From contig JAWODC010000038.1 in the NCBI GenBank assembly GCA_046483495.1, positions 1 through 20,068 of the forward strand: a stretch of 20,068 bases of DNA. Direction: 5' to 3'. The notes beneath the pieces are model-generated. The model searched no databases. It was given only the letters and a program-made list of their open reading frames with translations, and was not told the origin of the DNA. The position numbers were made by a program, and so were the translations under genes. This DNA is from Desulfobacterales bacterium (lineage in GTDB: Bacteria; Desulfobacterota; Desulfobacteria; Desulfobacterales; UBA5616). Shown in pieces: positions 1 to 9,724 of this stretch. Within the stretch, counting starts at the first letter, position 1, and the number at the start of each line of letters is the position of its first letter.

Positions 1-392
1 TGGTCGCCATGTGCTGAATTCAAATGGGAATTCGATGTTTCGGTGGGGTGGGAGGAACCGCTTTTCACTGTTGAGGAAGGTTCGGTTGCGGTTTCGGGGG
101 AATCGGGTCCCACGGTATGAGAAGCATCCGCCGAACGGCCCGCCTCTTGGGCCGTTTCTTCTTCCCCACCGGTTGACTCCTCATGGGAAACGGAAAACGC
201 CTGTGCCGTCGATCTTTCCACGGCAGCCGTTTGCCCGGGGTGATGCGGCGGTTCACCGACGGATGCCAGCATTTTGGCAACCAGCCACAATCCCACCACG
301 ACACAGGCCGTCACAATAATGACCCGTTTGGAAGCAAAGCGTAAAAAACCCCTCCGGTCCGATTGGTTTTCTGGCAAGTGACTGTTTTGCAT
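1..392 (-). CDS. Membrane-anchored hypothetical protein, runs off the window at its 3' end (not in ORF track)
   Basis: AAGGAG RBS 5 nt before ATG at 392, directly after the selB stop. Open to the window edge: MQNSHLPENQSDRRGFLRFASKRVIIVTACVVVGLWLVAKMLA..., one hydrophobic helix followed by a Ser/Thr/Glu/His-rich low-complexity linker. Confidence 0.8.
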   Translation of the reverse strand, partial: MQNSHLPENQSDRRGFLRFASKRVIIVTACVVVGLWLVAKMLASVGEPPHHPGQTAAVERSTAQAFSVSHEESTGGEEETAQEAGRSADASHTVGPDSPETATEPSSTVKSGSSHPTETSNSHLNSAHGD

Positions 393-404
393 GACCGCTC
401 CTTG

Positions 405-2315
405 TTATGCTCTTCGCAGTTTTCGAATATCACCGATTCTGATGGTGATATTCCGGGCATCGAAATATTCGATCAGGGGTATCACGTATTTTCGGGATGC
501 CCCGGTTAATTCCTTGAATTGGGGGGTGGTAATTTCGCCGTTTTTATCCAGGTAGTCGATAAGGCGGTTTTTGAGATCCTCTACGGCGTGGGCATCGAAG
601 AACAGGTCGTCCTTTGTTTTGACGATCTTCTTTTCTTCGACAAGATGCATCAAAATATCTTTTGCTTTTTGGGGCGGCAGCTCCAGATCTTTGGCAATGT
701 CCCGAAAATAAGGCGGTGTCAACCCCTCCCTGGCGTAAATGTCGATCATTTTGTTTTTGGCGTTTTCCTGGTCGGCTTCCAGAGAAACCCGGTGTCCGGA
801 CAGCCGAACGATTTCTTCCGTCGAAACCACGGCATTTTCTTTGACCATTCGATCCAGCACCTGGTTGAATAGGCGTGTGTTTTTGATGCGGGGGAATTTC
901 GACTTGAGCTCCTCTTTGAACATTCCCGGTTTCAGCGGTTGCCGTCGATGGAAATATTCGAGCTGTTCACGTATTCTTTCCCTGAGATCATCAAGGGTTC
1001 TATGGTGGATGTATACCTGATTTTCCTTGTCCAAAATGACCAGTATCTTTTTGGACAGCATTCCCTGGATCTGACGGTCGAGTTCCTTGTCCGTCAGATT
1101 GGTCATCAGCCTCAGGTCCGTGAATGAAACACCGGCGGTTCCCGCGGCCTCGGCATGACAGGCGATGAGGTTTTCCGGTGAACCGTCCGTGATGCGCTTC
1201 AACCCGGCGATGGTGTCGGGCCTGAAGCGTTTATGTTTTTGGCAGATGGGATTTAAAACGATTCCGCCGCCGATGGTGCGAATGGGGGAGTAGCTGCGGA
1301 TGACGAAGTGGTCATCCCGAACGAGCGCTACCGGTGAATCCAGGCGAAGCTGAGCAACGGCGGTTTCTCCGGGCTCGAGTTCATCGGTTTCAAGAAGGAT
1401 CAGATTGCCGAGAATTTCACTGGTTCCGGTATGAAACCGGACCCTGGCGCGATTTTTTATCGGCTTTTTATTGCTTTTTAAAAACGTCAGCAAAACGTCC
1501 GCCATGTAACTGGGCTTCAGCGTATCCGGACGGGCGAGAATGTCTCCACGCCGGATCGCCGTTTTGTCAAGTCCCTGAAAATTGACGGCTGTGCGCATGC
1601 CGGCATGCGCCTCGGCCACCCGATCATTATGGACCTGAATACCGCGGATTTTCGAGGTGAGTTTTGTCGGATAAATCATAATGGTTTCGCCGGTGCGTAT
1701 CTTGCCCGAAACCAGGGAGCCGGTGATCACGGTTCCAAAACCCTTCATCGAAAAAACGCGGTCCACGGGAAGCCTGAAGAGGCCGGAAGGCTGCTTCTCC
1801 GGGATTTGCGCGATCTGGTCATCCAGTGCCTTCAACAGGTCATCCAGGCCGCGGCCGGTGGCGGATGAAACCGAAACGACGGGCTTTTCCGACAGAAAAG
1901 TACCCTGAATGAAATCTTTGACTTCTTCGGTGACCAGTTCGAGCCATTCTTCATCCACCATATCGGTTTTCGTCAGGACGACAAGTCCGTTCCGAATTCC
2001 GAGAAGCGAGCAGATTTCAAGATGTTCACGGGTTTGGGGCATCACCCCTTCGTCGGCCGCGATGATCATGGCGACGATGTCGATGCCGGCGGCGCCGGCA
2101 ACCATGTTTTTTACAAATTTTTCATGGCCCGGGACATCCACGATTCCCACGTGCTGTCCGCTGGGAAGCGCTAAGACGGCAAATCCCAGTTCGATGGTGA
2201 TCCCGCGCTCCTTTTCCTCTTTCAGGCGATCTGTATCGGTTCCGGTAAGGGCCCGGACCAGCGATGTTTTGCCGTGGTCGATGTGTCCGGCCGTACCGAG
2301 AATGATCTGTTTCAA
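405..2315 (-). CDS. selB: Selenocysteine-specific translation elongation factor SelB
   Basis: Translational GTPase motifs [18 protein letters not shown] and TKTD, 636 aa, C-terminal winged-helix signature [13 protein letters not shown]...IRIGDIR. TTG start with GGAG RBS. Confidence 0.98.
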   Translation of the reverse strand: MKQIILGTAGHIDHGKTSLVRALTGTDTDRLKEEKERGITIELGFAVLALPSGQHVGIVDVPGHEKFVKNMVAGAAGIDIVAMIIAADEGVMPQTREHLEICSLLGIRNGLVVLTKTDMVDEEWLELVTEEVKDFIQGTFLSEKPVVSVSSATGRGLDDLLKALDDQIAQIPEKQPSGLFRLPVDRVFSMKGFGTVITGSLVSGKIRTGETIMIYPTKLTSKIRGIQVHNDRVAEAHAGMRTAVNFQGLDKTAIRRGDILARPDTLKPSYMADVLLTFLKSNKKPIKNRARVRFHTGTSEILGNLILLETDELEPGETAVAQLRLDSPVALVRDDHFVIRSYSPIRTIGGGIVLNPICQKHKRFRPDTIAGLKRITDGSPENLIACHAEAAGTAGVSFTDLRLMTNLTDKELDRQIQGMLSKKILVILDKENQVYIHHRTLDDLRERIREQLEYFHRRQPLKPGMFKEELKSKFPRIKNTRLFNQVLDRMVKENAVVSTEEIVRLSGHRVSLEADQENAKNKMIDIYAREGLTPPYFRDIAKDLELPPQKAKDILMHLVEEKKIVKTKDDLFFDAHAVEDLKNRLIDYLDKNGEITTPQFKELTGASRKYVIPLIEYFDARNITIRIGDIRKLRRA

Positions 2316-2335
2316 TGCTCTTTACTCCACGAAGG

Positions 2336-2512
2336 CTATTTATTCCCGCGCCGTTTGCGAAAAGATTCCGCCAGGTAAGCCAGCCCCACCAGTATAACGG
2401 TGAGACCTGCGGTATACATAACATGTGCCTGGGGGTAAAAAATGCGGATGAGAATGACGGCAAACACGGCGCCCAGAATTGCCCTAAGGATAAATTTTTG
2501 GAATCCGGCCAC
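2336..2512 (-). CDS. Small 58-aa two-TM membrane protein upstream of selB (not in ORF track)
   Basis: AGGTGA RBS then GTG at 2512. [58 protein letters not shown] has two hydrophobic segments and a basic tail. Stop lies 20 nt before selB. Confidence 0.8.
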   Translation of the reverse strand: MAGFQKFILRAILGAVFAVILIRIFYPQAHVMYTAGLTVILVGLAYLAESFRKRRGNK

Positions 2513-2674
2513 GTTGTCACCTGTATGGCTGCGAAAAGCGTTGACATTGATGTTTTGGTTCGAAGCAAACCGGCTATTTCCGCATAATTGCTAGAGATCA
2601 TTCTTATATCAGAAGATAAAATCGGGTCAACAACAACTTTATCACGTTAAAAACAGCGGATTGTCATAAAAGGC

Positions 2675-2703
2675 TTGAAAATAAACCGGCGATTTGGTAA
2701 ACG
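2675..2703 (+). promoter_or_regulatory. Putative sigma70 promoter of the tRNA pair
   Basis: TTGAAA-17 nt-TAAACG just upstream of tRNA-His. The -10 box is imperfect. Confidence 0.35.
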
Positions 2704-2719
2704 AGAGGTTCTCTTTTAT

Positions 2720-2796
2720 GGTGGGTGTAGCTCAGTTGGTAGAGCACCGGGTTGTGGCCCCGGTTGTCGTGGGTTCAAGTCCCATCACTCACCCCA
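2720..2796 (+). tRNA. tRNA-His (GTG)
   Basis: Full cloverleaf with encoded G-1, acceptor GTGGGTG/CACTCAC, anticodon arm CCGGG-TTGTGGC-CCCGG, GTTCAAG T-loop, C73 and CCA. Confidence 0.98.
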
Positions 2797-2812
2797 TGCA
2801 TTTCTATCGTGT

Positions 2813-2889
<77 letters not shown>

Positions 2890-3112
2890 CTTTCGACTTT
2901 CCCTGTACTTTTTCACTCTCCCCGGATATATGGATCGACCATCGATACGGCCGTCATTTCCCGAACCGCTATCTGCATAGGCTCGCGAATCCTAAGTGGT
3001 GTTGAAAAATAAAATGCTTGCATTCAGCGCTTCGTTTCCAGTACATATTCAGACAAACCGGTCATCGGTCTTGCCGATTCATCGAATTCAACCTGCTGCA
3101 ATGAGCTATCCT

Positions 3113-3928
3113 ATGAACTACGACAACATTTTATATGAGATTCACGATCATGTGGGCATTATAACCCTGAATCGCCCGGAGGCGTTGAACAGTCTGACCC
3201 TGGCCCTCATGGAGGATGTCCGGGATGCGATCGGGCGGGCGGCTGCGGATTCCGGTGTTCGTGTACTGGTGATGACCGGGGCCGGTAAGGGATTTTGCTC
3301 CGGGGCCGATCTTGCCGAACCGGGTGCGGGATCAGGAGACGATCGCTATGCCGGCCTGTCCATAGGCGAACGGGTCTCGTCGATGATGAAGTCCCATTTC
3401 AACCCGTTGATTATGGATATCTTTCGACTGAAAAAACCCGTGATCGCTGCTGTAAACGGAATTGCGGCCGGCGGCGGGGTGGGGCTTGCCTTGTCGACGG
3501 ATATCGTTGTTGCCGCGCGTTCCGCCGCCTTTTCACTGGTGTTCGGTCCGAAGCTGGGCATCGTGCCGGATATGGGAGCCACCTGGCATCTTCCGAGACT
3601 GATCGGGCGCAGCAGGTCCTTAGGACTTGCGTTTTCAGGGGACCGGCTTCCGGCTGAAACCGCCGCCCAATGGGGAATGATATGCCGATGCGTGGAAGAT
3701 GACCGGTTGATGGAAGAGGTGCTGACCTCGGCAAGAAGACTGGCGCAGGGACCTACGAAAGCCTACGGGTATATTAAACGGGCTTTCGAGGAATCCGGCC
3801 GGAACCGATTGGATGAACAGCTCGAATTCGAGCGTTACTGCCAGCTGATACTATGTGATTCCGATGATTTTATGGAAGGCGTCGCCGCCTTTTTGGAAAA
3901 ACGAAAACCTGACTTCAAGGGGCAATAA
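3113..3928 (+). CDS. Enoyl-CoA hydratase/isomerase (crotonase) family protein, PaaG-like
   Basis: ITLNRPEALN, FCSGADL and AAVNGIAAGGG oxyanion motifs, GIVPDMG with Asp and without the two canonical hydratase Glu. Start taken at ATG 3113 (MNYDNILYE), which is uncertain. Confidence 0.92.
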   Translation: MNYDNILYEIHDHVGIITLNRPEALNSLTLALMEDVRDAIGRAAADSGVRVLVMTGAGKGFCSGADLAEPGAGSGDDRYAGLSIGERVSSMMKSHFNPLIMDIFRLKKPVIAAVNGIAAGGGVGLALSTDIVVAARSAAFSLVFGPKLGIVPDMGATWHLPRLIGRSRSLGLAFSGDRLPAETAAQWGMICRCVEDDRLMEEVLTSARRLAQGPTKAYGYIKRAFEESGRNRLDEQLEFERYCQLILCDSDDFMEGVAAFLEKRKPDFKGQ

Positions 3929-3948
3929 GAATCTGAAAGGAGATGAAC

Positions 3949-5106
3949 ATGTCTAAACCGGTGTTAAGGACGAAGTTGTGCGATATTCTCGGCATTGAAT
4001 ATCCCATAATCAGCGCGGGAATGGGGCCCAGCCTTATCGGGGAAAAAACCGGTGCGCCCGTTGAACTGGTGGTGGCGGTATCCGAAGCCGGCGGTTGCGG
4101 TGTGCTGGGTGCCGCGGGCTTTGCGGTTGACGAAATGCGGGACGCCATTCGGGAAATAAAAAAGTCAACCGACAAACCATTCGGTGTTGATCTTCTTCTG
4201 CCCAGCCAAACCGTCAGTGCCGGGGACCAAACCTATGACGGGCCTCAGGAAATCCCCCTGGCCGATCTGTTAAAAACGCTGCCTAAGGAACATTATGAAT
4301 GGATCATGAAAATCAAGGAGGAGATGAACCTCCCCGACATCGAGGCAACGTACAAAATGGGATCGACAACGACGCGGCCCCACGAATCCATCCGGGTGAT
4401 CATCGAAGAAAAAGTGCCCCTGTTTTGCTCCGGACTCGGCAACCCGGGATTCATGGTGCCGGATGCCCATGCGGCCGGCATGAAGGTGCTCGGGATCTCC
4501 GGAAACACCAAGAACGCGAGGCGCATCGCTCAATCCGGAGCCGATCTCGTGGTCGCACAGGGGCATGAAGGGGGCGGGCATACCGGCAGAATCGGTTCCG
4601 TGGCCTTCTGGCCTCAGGCGATCGACGCCGCCCATCCCACGCCCGTATTGGCGGCCGGCGGCATCGGTGACGGCCGCGGTGTCGCCGCCGCCCTGGCCAT
4701 CGGGTGTGTCGGCGTATGGGTGGGGACCCGGTTTCTGGCGTCTGTCGAAGGGGGGGCGCTGGAAGTGCAGAAGCAGACCATCCTTGATGCGACGGACGAA
4801 GACACGCGGCGCACCTATTTATACACCGGAAAAACCTCCCGTGCCATCTATAATCGATTCCATGATCTGTGGGAGAACGCGGATCTGGACCCGCTGCCAT
4901 TTCCCACACAGGTTTTGTTGGCCTCGGCTATGGTGGAGATGTTCAATCGAGCGAACATAAAGGATTATATGGGACCGTTTTCCGGGCAGGTGGCAGGGCT
5001 TATCACCGAGATCGAGCCGGCGGCGCAAATTCTTAAGGAAATGGTTGAAGAAACCGTGGATATACTCGCCCGAAAACTTCCGGAAACGGTGATTGTAAAG
5101 GCATAG
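3949..5106 (+). CDS. Nitronate monooxygenase / FabK-like FMN-dependent oxidoreductase
   Basis: LGIEYPIISAGM, AQGHEGGGHTG, PVLAAGGIGDGRG and VWVGTRF motifs. AAGGAG RBS favours ATG 3949. Confidence 0.92.
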   Translation: MSKPVLRTKLCDILGIEYPIISAGMGPSLIGEKTGAPVELVVAVSEAGGCGVLGAAGFAVDEMRDAIREIKKSTDKPFGVDLLLPSQTVSAGDQTYDGPQEIPLADLLKTLPKEHYEWIMKIKEEMNLPDIEATYKMGSTTTRPHESIRVIIEEKVPLFCSGLGNPGFMVPDAHAAGMKVLGISGNTKNARRIAQSGADLVVAQGHEGGGHTGRIGSVAFWPQAIDAAHPTPVLAAGGIGDGRGVAAALAIGCVGVWVGTRFLASVEGGALEVQKQTILDATDEDTRRTYLYTGKTSRAIYNRFHDLWENADLDPLPFPTQVLLASAMVEMFNRANIKDYMGPFSGQVAGLITEIEPAAQILKEMVEETVDILARKLPETVIVKA

Positions 5107-5197
5107 CAGGGAAACCATCGCTAAGGCAGCCGGACGGCTTAACAGTGCTTTCGTATAGATACTAGTGAACTACTGCGTTTAATGAAAGGAAGAACTT

Positions 5198-5869
5198 ATG
5201 GAATTGGACATGGCGATTGAAAAACGGATCAGTGTAAGGGCATACCTGGACAAGCCCGTCCCCAGGACCCTGGTCGAAGAAATTCTTTCCATGGCGGTCA
5301 AGGCGCCGTCCTGGGGCAATACGCAGCCGTGGGAATTGGCGGTCATCGGCGGAAAGGAAAAAGAAGAGTTGTCTGCCGAATTGGCGGATATGGTTACGAA
5401 GGGCGAAACGCCGAACCCCGATTTCGAGATGCCGCAGACATTTTCAGGGGCGTATATGGATCGGTATCGCATGACGGGAAAGATGCTTTTCGAACTTGCC
5501 GGAATAGGGCGGGATGATTCCCAGGCCCGTTTCAATCAATTTCTTTCCATGTTCAAGGGATTCGATGCGCCATGCCTGGTTTACGTGCTGCTGGACGAGG
5601 TGCTCCAAACGTCTTATCCGATCTTCGATGCAGGCGGCATTGCCAACTACATCAGTCTTTTGGCAACCTCGAGGGGGCTGGGCACCTGCATGATGGCGGC
5701 CTTGGCGATGTATCCCGACCCGGTAAGAAAAAAATTAAGCGTGCCGAAAAACAAAAAAATCGCCATTGGTCTGTCGCTGGGGTATCCGGATACGGAAAAT
5801 CCGGTGAACAACTTGAACACACAACGCGAAGCGATCGAAAACATCACAACCTGGGTCGGCATGGCGTAA
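5198..5869 (+). CDS. Nitroreductase family protein
   Basis: KRISVRAY, APSWGNTQPW, GLGTC and LGYP motifs. AAGGA RBS. Confidence 0.93.
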   Translation: MELDMAIEKRISVRAYLDKPVPRTLVEEILSMAVKAPSWGNTQPWELAVIGGKEKEELSAELADMVTKGETPNPDFEMPQTFSGAYMDRYRMTGKMLFELAGIGRDDSQARFNQFLSMFKGFDAPCLVYVLLDEVLQTSYPIFDAGGIANYISLLATSRGLGTCMMAALAMYPDPVRKKLSVPKNKKIAIGLSLGYPDTENPVNNLNTQREAIENITTWVGMA

Positions 5870-5893
5870 TGCACCACCCGCGGGCGGCGGGGG

Positions 5894-6376
5894 CTACCCG
5901 CGGGACCCGCCCTCTATTTGGTCCAGGCAATAGGACAGCACATAATCGAACTGCTTGAAACAGGTGTCCTTGTACACCTCGTTTCGAATATACGCATCCA
6001 CGTCTTCCTTCCGGCTGAAATCGCAGCCGGTCAGCGAGCGGCAGTCGGTGGTACCGAATCGTGTGATGAAACCCGTGTACAGGCGGTTAACCGCCTCGAT
6101 TGCCTTTGTCCGGCTTTCATCTTCCACGTGTTCCGGGGCGCTTTTACCGTGTCCGTAGAGAAATCCCAAAAAGGCGGTGCTACCGAACAGAATGCCGCAA
6201 ATCGTGTTTCCGGAATTGATGGCCCCGGAATATCCGGCGGCCGCCCATTGATATGGAATGCCTTCGAACCCTTTTACTTTCCGCAGAACCTGCAGCACGG
6301 CTTCCGCTCATGTGTATCCTTTCATCATCATCAATATGCCTTCTTCCCGAATTTTCTCCAACTGTGTCTGTTCCAT
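5894..6376 (-). CDS. C-GCAxxG-C-C family redox selenoprotein, 160 aa with Sec23 encoded by TGA at 6310-6308
   Basis: GGAGGT RBS and ATG 6376. The track ORFs 6308..6517 and 5894..6298 are in frame across one TGA that falls in the family's first Cys motif (GYT-U-AEAVL). Downstream motifs TICGILFG, TTDCRSLTG and TC, plus a SECIS-like hairpin. Confidence 0.9.
6281..6310 (-). promoter_or_regulatory. Bacterial SECIS element
   Basis: UGA-GCGGAAGCCGUG-CUGCA-GGUUC-UGCGG. The apical loop starts with G about 17 nt after UGA and resembles the E. coli fdhF upper stem UGCA-GGUC-UGCA. Confidence 0.8.
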
Positions 6377-6552
6377 TGAAACCTCCATGCGTGCCGGGAA
6401 ACGGGTTCGAAAAATACGCCGTTTCAAATCTCGAGGCCCGTTGCGGGCCGCTTCAAAAAACCATGGCCAAGAATCGGGTCTTGCTCTTGAATCCGTATCG
6501 CGGGTGTACAAACGCAAATGAGAAGAACCAGCCGAACCGAAGAATGACCATC

Positions 6553-6581
6553 ATAATGGCAAAATTGTCCTGCGCCGTCAA
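6553..6581 (-). promoter_or_regulatory. Putative sigma70 promoter for the selenoprotein gene
   Basis: TTGACG-17 nt-CATTAT on the minus strand, about 175 nt upstream of ATG 6376. Confidence 0.45.
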
Positions 6582-6725
6582 TAACGGCATTCATGCGATG
6601 TCTGAAAGAAGCTTTTTGCGCCGGTTTGACCGCAAGCGATATTCGTTTTGCGGGGTTTGGCACAACCGTCCCGAAACAATCGAAATCTGTTTTTTATTCT
6701 TGATCTTTCATGGTATCTAACGCCC

Positions 6726-8336
6726 ATGACCTCAGCGGATATTAAAAAAATCGGCATCGCTTCCGCCATCATGATGCTTTCGGTGTTTCTCAGCCGGGTT
6801 GCGGGATTGATCAGGGAAATGGTCATTGCTTTTGTGGGAGGCACCCACGGGCAGGTGGATGCATATCAGGTCGCCTTCATTATTCCTGAAATTTTAAATC
6901 ATATTCTGGCCGGCGGATTTTTGTCCGTGACGTTTATTCCCATTTTTTCGAAATACCTGGTCTGTGATGACGAAAAAGGCGGCTGGGATGTATGCGTGAT
7001 GGTGCTGAACACATTCGGCGGCTTCCTGATACTGCTTTGCGGGTTCGCCATAGCGGTTTCACCCCGGCTGATCGCACTTTTGGCGCCGGGTCTCGAGGAC
7101 CCGGCACTGGTTGAGAGCGCTGTTCGAATGACGCGCATCATTATACCCGCCCAGTTTTTCTTCTTTGCCGGAGGATTGTTTGCCGCCGTACAGTTTGCAA
7201 AAGGAAAATTCGGCATCCCCGCATTGGCCCCATTGATTTACAATATCGGCATTATTCTGGGCGGTCTGCTGTTGGGACGTCACATCGGCATGGAGGGGTT
7301 TTCCTGGGGTGCTCTAGCCGGTGCGGGTCTTGGAAATTTTTTGCTCCAATATTGGGGTGCGGCCAGAATCGGATTCACGTACCGGCTGAAGATCGGTCTG
7401 CTTCATCCGGATATCAAACGATACGTACTGCTCACCCTGCCGTTGATGTTCGGCCTCACCATGACATTCTCGACGGAAATATTTTTTAAATTTTTCGGGT
7501 CGTTTCTGGAACGGGGGGGGATTGCCGCATTGAATTACGGCCTTCGAATCATGCTGATTCTGGTAGGGCTTTTCGGCCAGGCTGTGGGTGTGGCCTCCTT
7601 TCCGGTTCTTGCACGGCTTGCCGTCAAAAACGAGACATCGGAAATGAATCGCATTCTAAACGGGACACTGCGGGTGCTGGCGTTTGTGATCCCCCTTTCC
7701 GTTCTGCTGATCGTTCTCAGAAGCGAGGTCGTTTTCCTGCTGTTTCAGCGGGGACGCTTCGATGCGGCATCCACGGAACTGACATCCGGTATTTTGGGGT
7801 ACATGCTCATCGGCGCTTTCGCATTTTCGGCACAAAGCATTGTGGTTCGCGGTTTTTATGCAAAACAAAACACGGTGCTGCCCGCCATCTATCAGACGGC
7901 TGCCGTCTTGCTCAGCATTCCGCTGTACCTGATTGGAATGCAGGTGATGGCACTCTCCGGTGTTGCCCTTGCAGTCTCATTGTCTGCGCTTCTTCAAACA
8001 CTGGTGCTGTACGTCATATGGAATAGAAAGAGTCGAAACAGCGGAGCAGGGACGGTCTACTTTTCTGTGATGAAAATGATCGGCCTGAGCATTCCCCTGG
8101 GATTGTTTTTCGAATGGATGCGCATTCGGCTTTTGCCGATGTTCGATATGGACGCGGCCGGCGGCAATTTGGCCGTTTCGGTGATCGTGGGCGGTGCCTT
8201 TGTCGGTGTGCTGTTCATTTTCGGAACGGTCTTCAATATCGAAGAGATTCGGTTTTTTTATCGGCGGCTCCGGTCGTTTTTATCGAAAAAACCCGGGCCG
8301 GCTGCCGGATCCGCCGGTAAATATAGTGAACGGTGA
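6726..8336 (+). CDS. murJ: Lipid II flippase MurJ (MviN)
   Basis: SRVAGLIRE, DAYQVAFIIP, GGFLSVTFIP, LFQRGRF and RGFYA motifs, many TM helices. Start taken at ATG 6726. Confidence 0.95.
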   Translation: MTSADIKKIGIASAIMMLSVFLSRVAGLIREMVIAFVGGTHGQVDAYQVAFIIPEILNHILAGGFLSVTFIPIFSKYLVCDDEKGGWDVCVMVLNTFGGFLILLCGFAIAVSPRLIALLAPGLEDPALVESAVRMTRIIIPAQFFFFAGGLFAAVQFAKGKFGIPALAPLIYNIGIILGGLLLGRHIGMEGFSWGALAGAGLGNFLLQYWGAARIGFTYRLKIGLLHPDIKRYVLLTLPLMFGLTMTFSTEIFFKFFGSFLERGGIAALNYGLRIMLILVGLFGQAVGVASFPVLARLAVKNETSEMNRILNGTLRVLAFVIPLSVLLIVLRSEVVFLLFQRGRFDAASTELTSGILGYMLIGAFAFSAQSIVVRGFYAKQNTVLPAIYQTAAVLLSIPLYLIGMQVMALSGVALAVSLSALLQTLVLYVIWNRKSRNSGAGTVYFSVMKMIGLSIPLGLFFEWMRIRLLPMFDMDAAGGNLAVSVIVGGAFVGVLFIFGTVFNIEEIRFFYRRLRSFLSKKPGPAAGSAGKYSER

Positions 8337-8437
8337 TCGGTGATAGTGAATGGTAAAGAATGGGTTATGGGCGAGGGGCGATGGGGGGATTAAGACCCAA
8401 TCCTCTTTAAATTGGAGCCTTGAGCCTTCAGCGCAAA

Positions 8438-9724
8438 CTACAACTCCCCGGCCGTACGCAAATGACTCTTCAAAACGGAAAGCCGGTAATCCGGATGGAC
8501 CAGTTCATGCGTTTTGTCGACAAAAGGGAGCCAGACGAGCAGAAAGGTTTTCGGTGTTATCGTGATGTGGGGAAGCTTCGGAAAGTAGACCTTTGCCGGT
8601 CTGATAAAATTCGCCAGGTTCAATTTAAGGCTGTTAAAGACACTTTTCAGCGGAAGATTCGGGGAAAGCAGGGGTTGGAGAGGCAGCCCGGGGATAAGCT
8701 CTTCTCGAGGTTGAATGGTGGTGATGTGTGTTGCCGATCGCAGAAATTTACGGGGCCGGATTTTCAGCGCCATTGTCCAGAAATAAAACGGTTTCTCATT
8801 CCATCCGGGCCTGACGACTTTCGGCAGATTTGCCGTATGAATCAGGTCTTCATAGGACTTGAGGCGAATTCCGTCGACATCGGCTCCGATACGCCAGAAT
8901 GGAAGATACACCGCCGAATCGACTGAAGACGGCACGTAGGCCGATTTAATGCGCTGAAATCCGCTTTTCTCCGGCCGCCAGGCCGCTGCACAGTTTTTGC
9001 AGAGCATCACCACGGCATCCTTTTCCCCTTCGAGGTGCCATCCGCATGCCGGACAAAGAACGGGAAGAAATTGGAGTTTCCATTCCCGGGCCGAGTCGTC
9101 ATCCACCATTTCGATGCCGCTTGTGCCGGCTTGCTCGAGGGGCTTGTTGAGAACGGCGTCCGTCAATTTCGGGTCGGCATAAAAGGGGGAGTAGATAAGG
9201 CTTGCGGTTTCGCCGATAAACGTTCGGTGAAATACCCTCTCCCCGGGCGGTGCCTGAACCCGTTTCATAATGCGGGAAAGCGGCAAAGACGGCTTTAAAA
9301 AACGGGCTTGGTTCTGATCCGATGGAAACGACAACTTCAGCGCCTGGCTCCGCAGGCCGACGGACGCGGGAAATGGATGTGCGGCAATGGCCCGGTGGCT
9401 GACATCCACATACCGGTTCTGGATGCCGTCTGACCCGCATGAGAACATCATCCCCTTTATCCGCCAGTAAGGAAAATAGAAAACCTCCTTGTCCGCAGGT
9501 GCCCGATTCGGAAGAAGATATCGAAAGACATCCTTTGGGAACAGGTAGGAGGCGACCCGGCAGTACTCACAGGTAAACAGCCGATCGGTTTCCTCGAGAA
9601 CGGCCGGAGCGCCGCATTGAGGGCATTGATGATCAACCAGGTAACTGATGTTTTTCTCCGCAACGGCTGCAGTATATTGACTCGGCCGGATTTTTCGCGC
9701 CGCAGTTTTCACAGTTCCATTCAA
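8438..9724 (-). CDS. Zinc-ribbon-containing hypothetical protein (true start probably near 9649)
   Basis: Two pairs of CxxC motifs (CPQC/CEYC and CPAC/CKNC) and repeated (Y/L)(F/L)P(Y/F)WRI motifs. Overlaps the upstream SPFH gene. Confidence 0.8.
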   Translation of the reverse strand: MNGTVKTAARKIRPSQYTAAVAEKNISYLVDHQCPQCGAPAVLEETDRLFTCEYCRVASYLFPKDVFRYLLPNRAPADKEVFYFPYWRIKGMMFSCGSDGIQNRYVDVSHRAIAAHPFPASVGLRSQALKLSFPSDQNQARFLKPSLPLSRIMKRVQAPPGERVFHRTFIGETASLIYSPFYADPKLTDAVLNKPLEQAGTSGIEMVDDDSAREWKLQFLPVLCPACGWHLEGEKDAVVMLCKNCAAAWRPEKSGFQRIKSAYVPSSVDSAVYLPFWRIGADVDGIRLKSYEDLIHTANLPKVVRPGWNEKPFYFWTMALKIRPRKFLRSATHITTIQPREELIPGLPLQPLLSPNLPLKSVFNSLKLNLANFIRPAKVYFPKLPHITITPKTFLLVWLPFVDKTHELVHPDYRLSVLKSHLRTAGEL

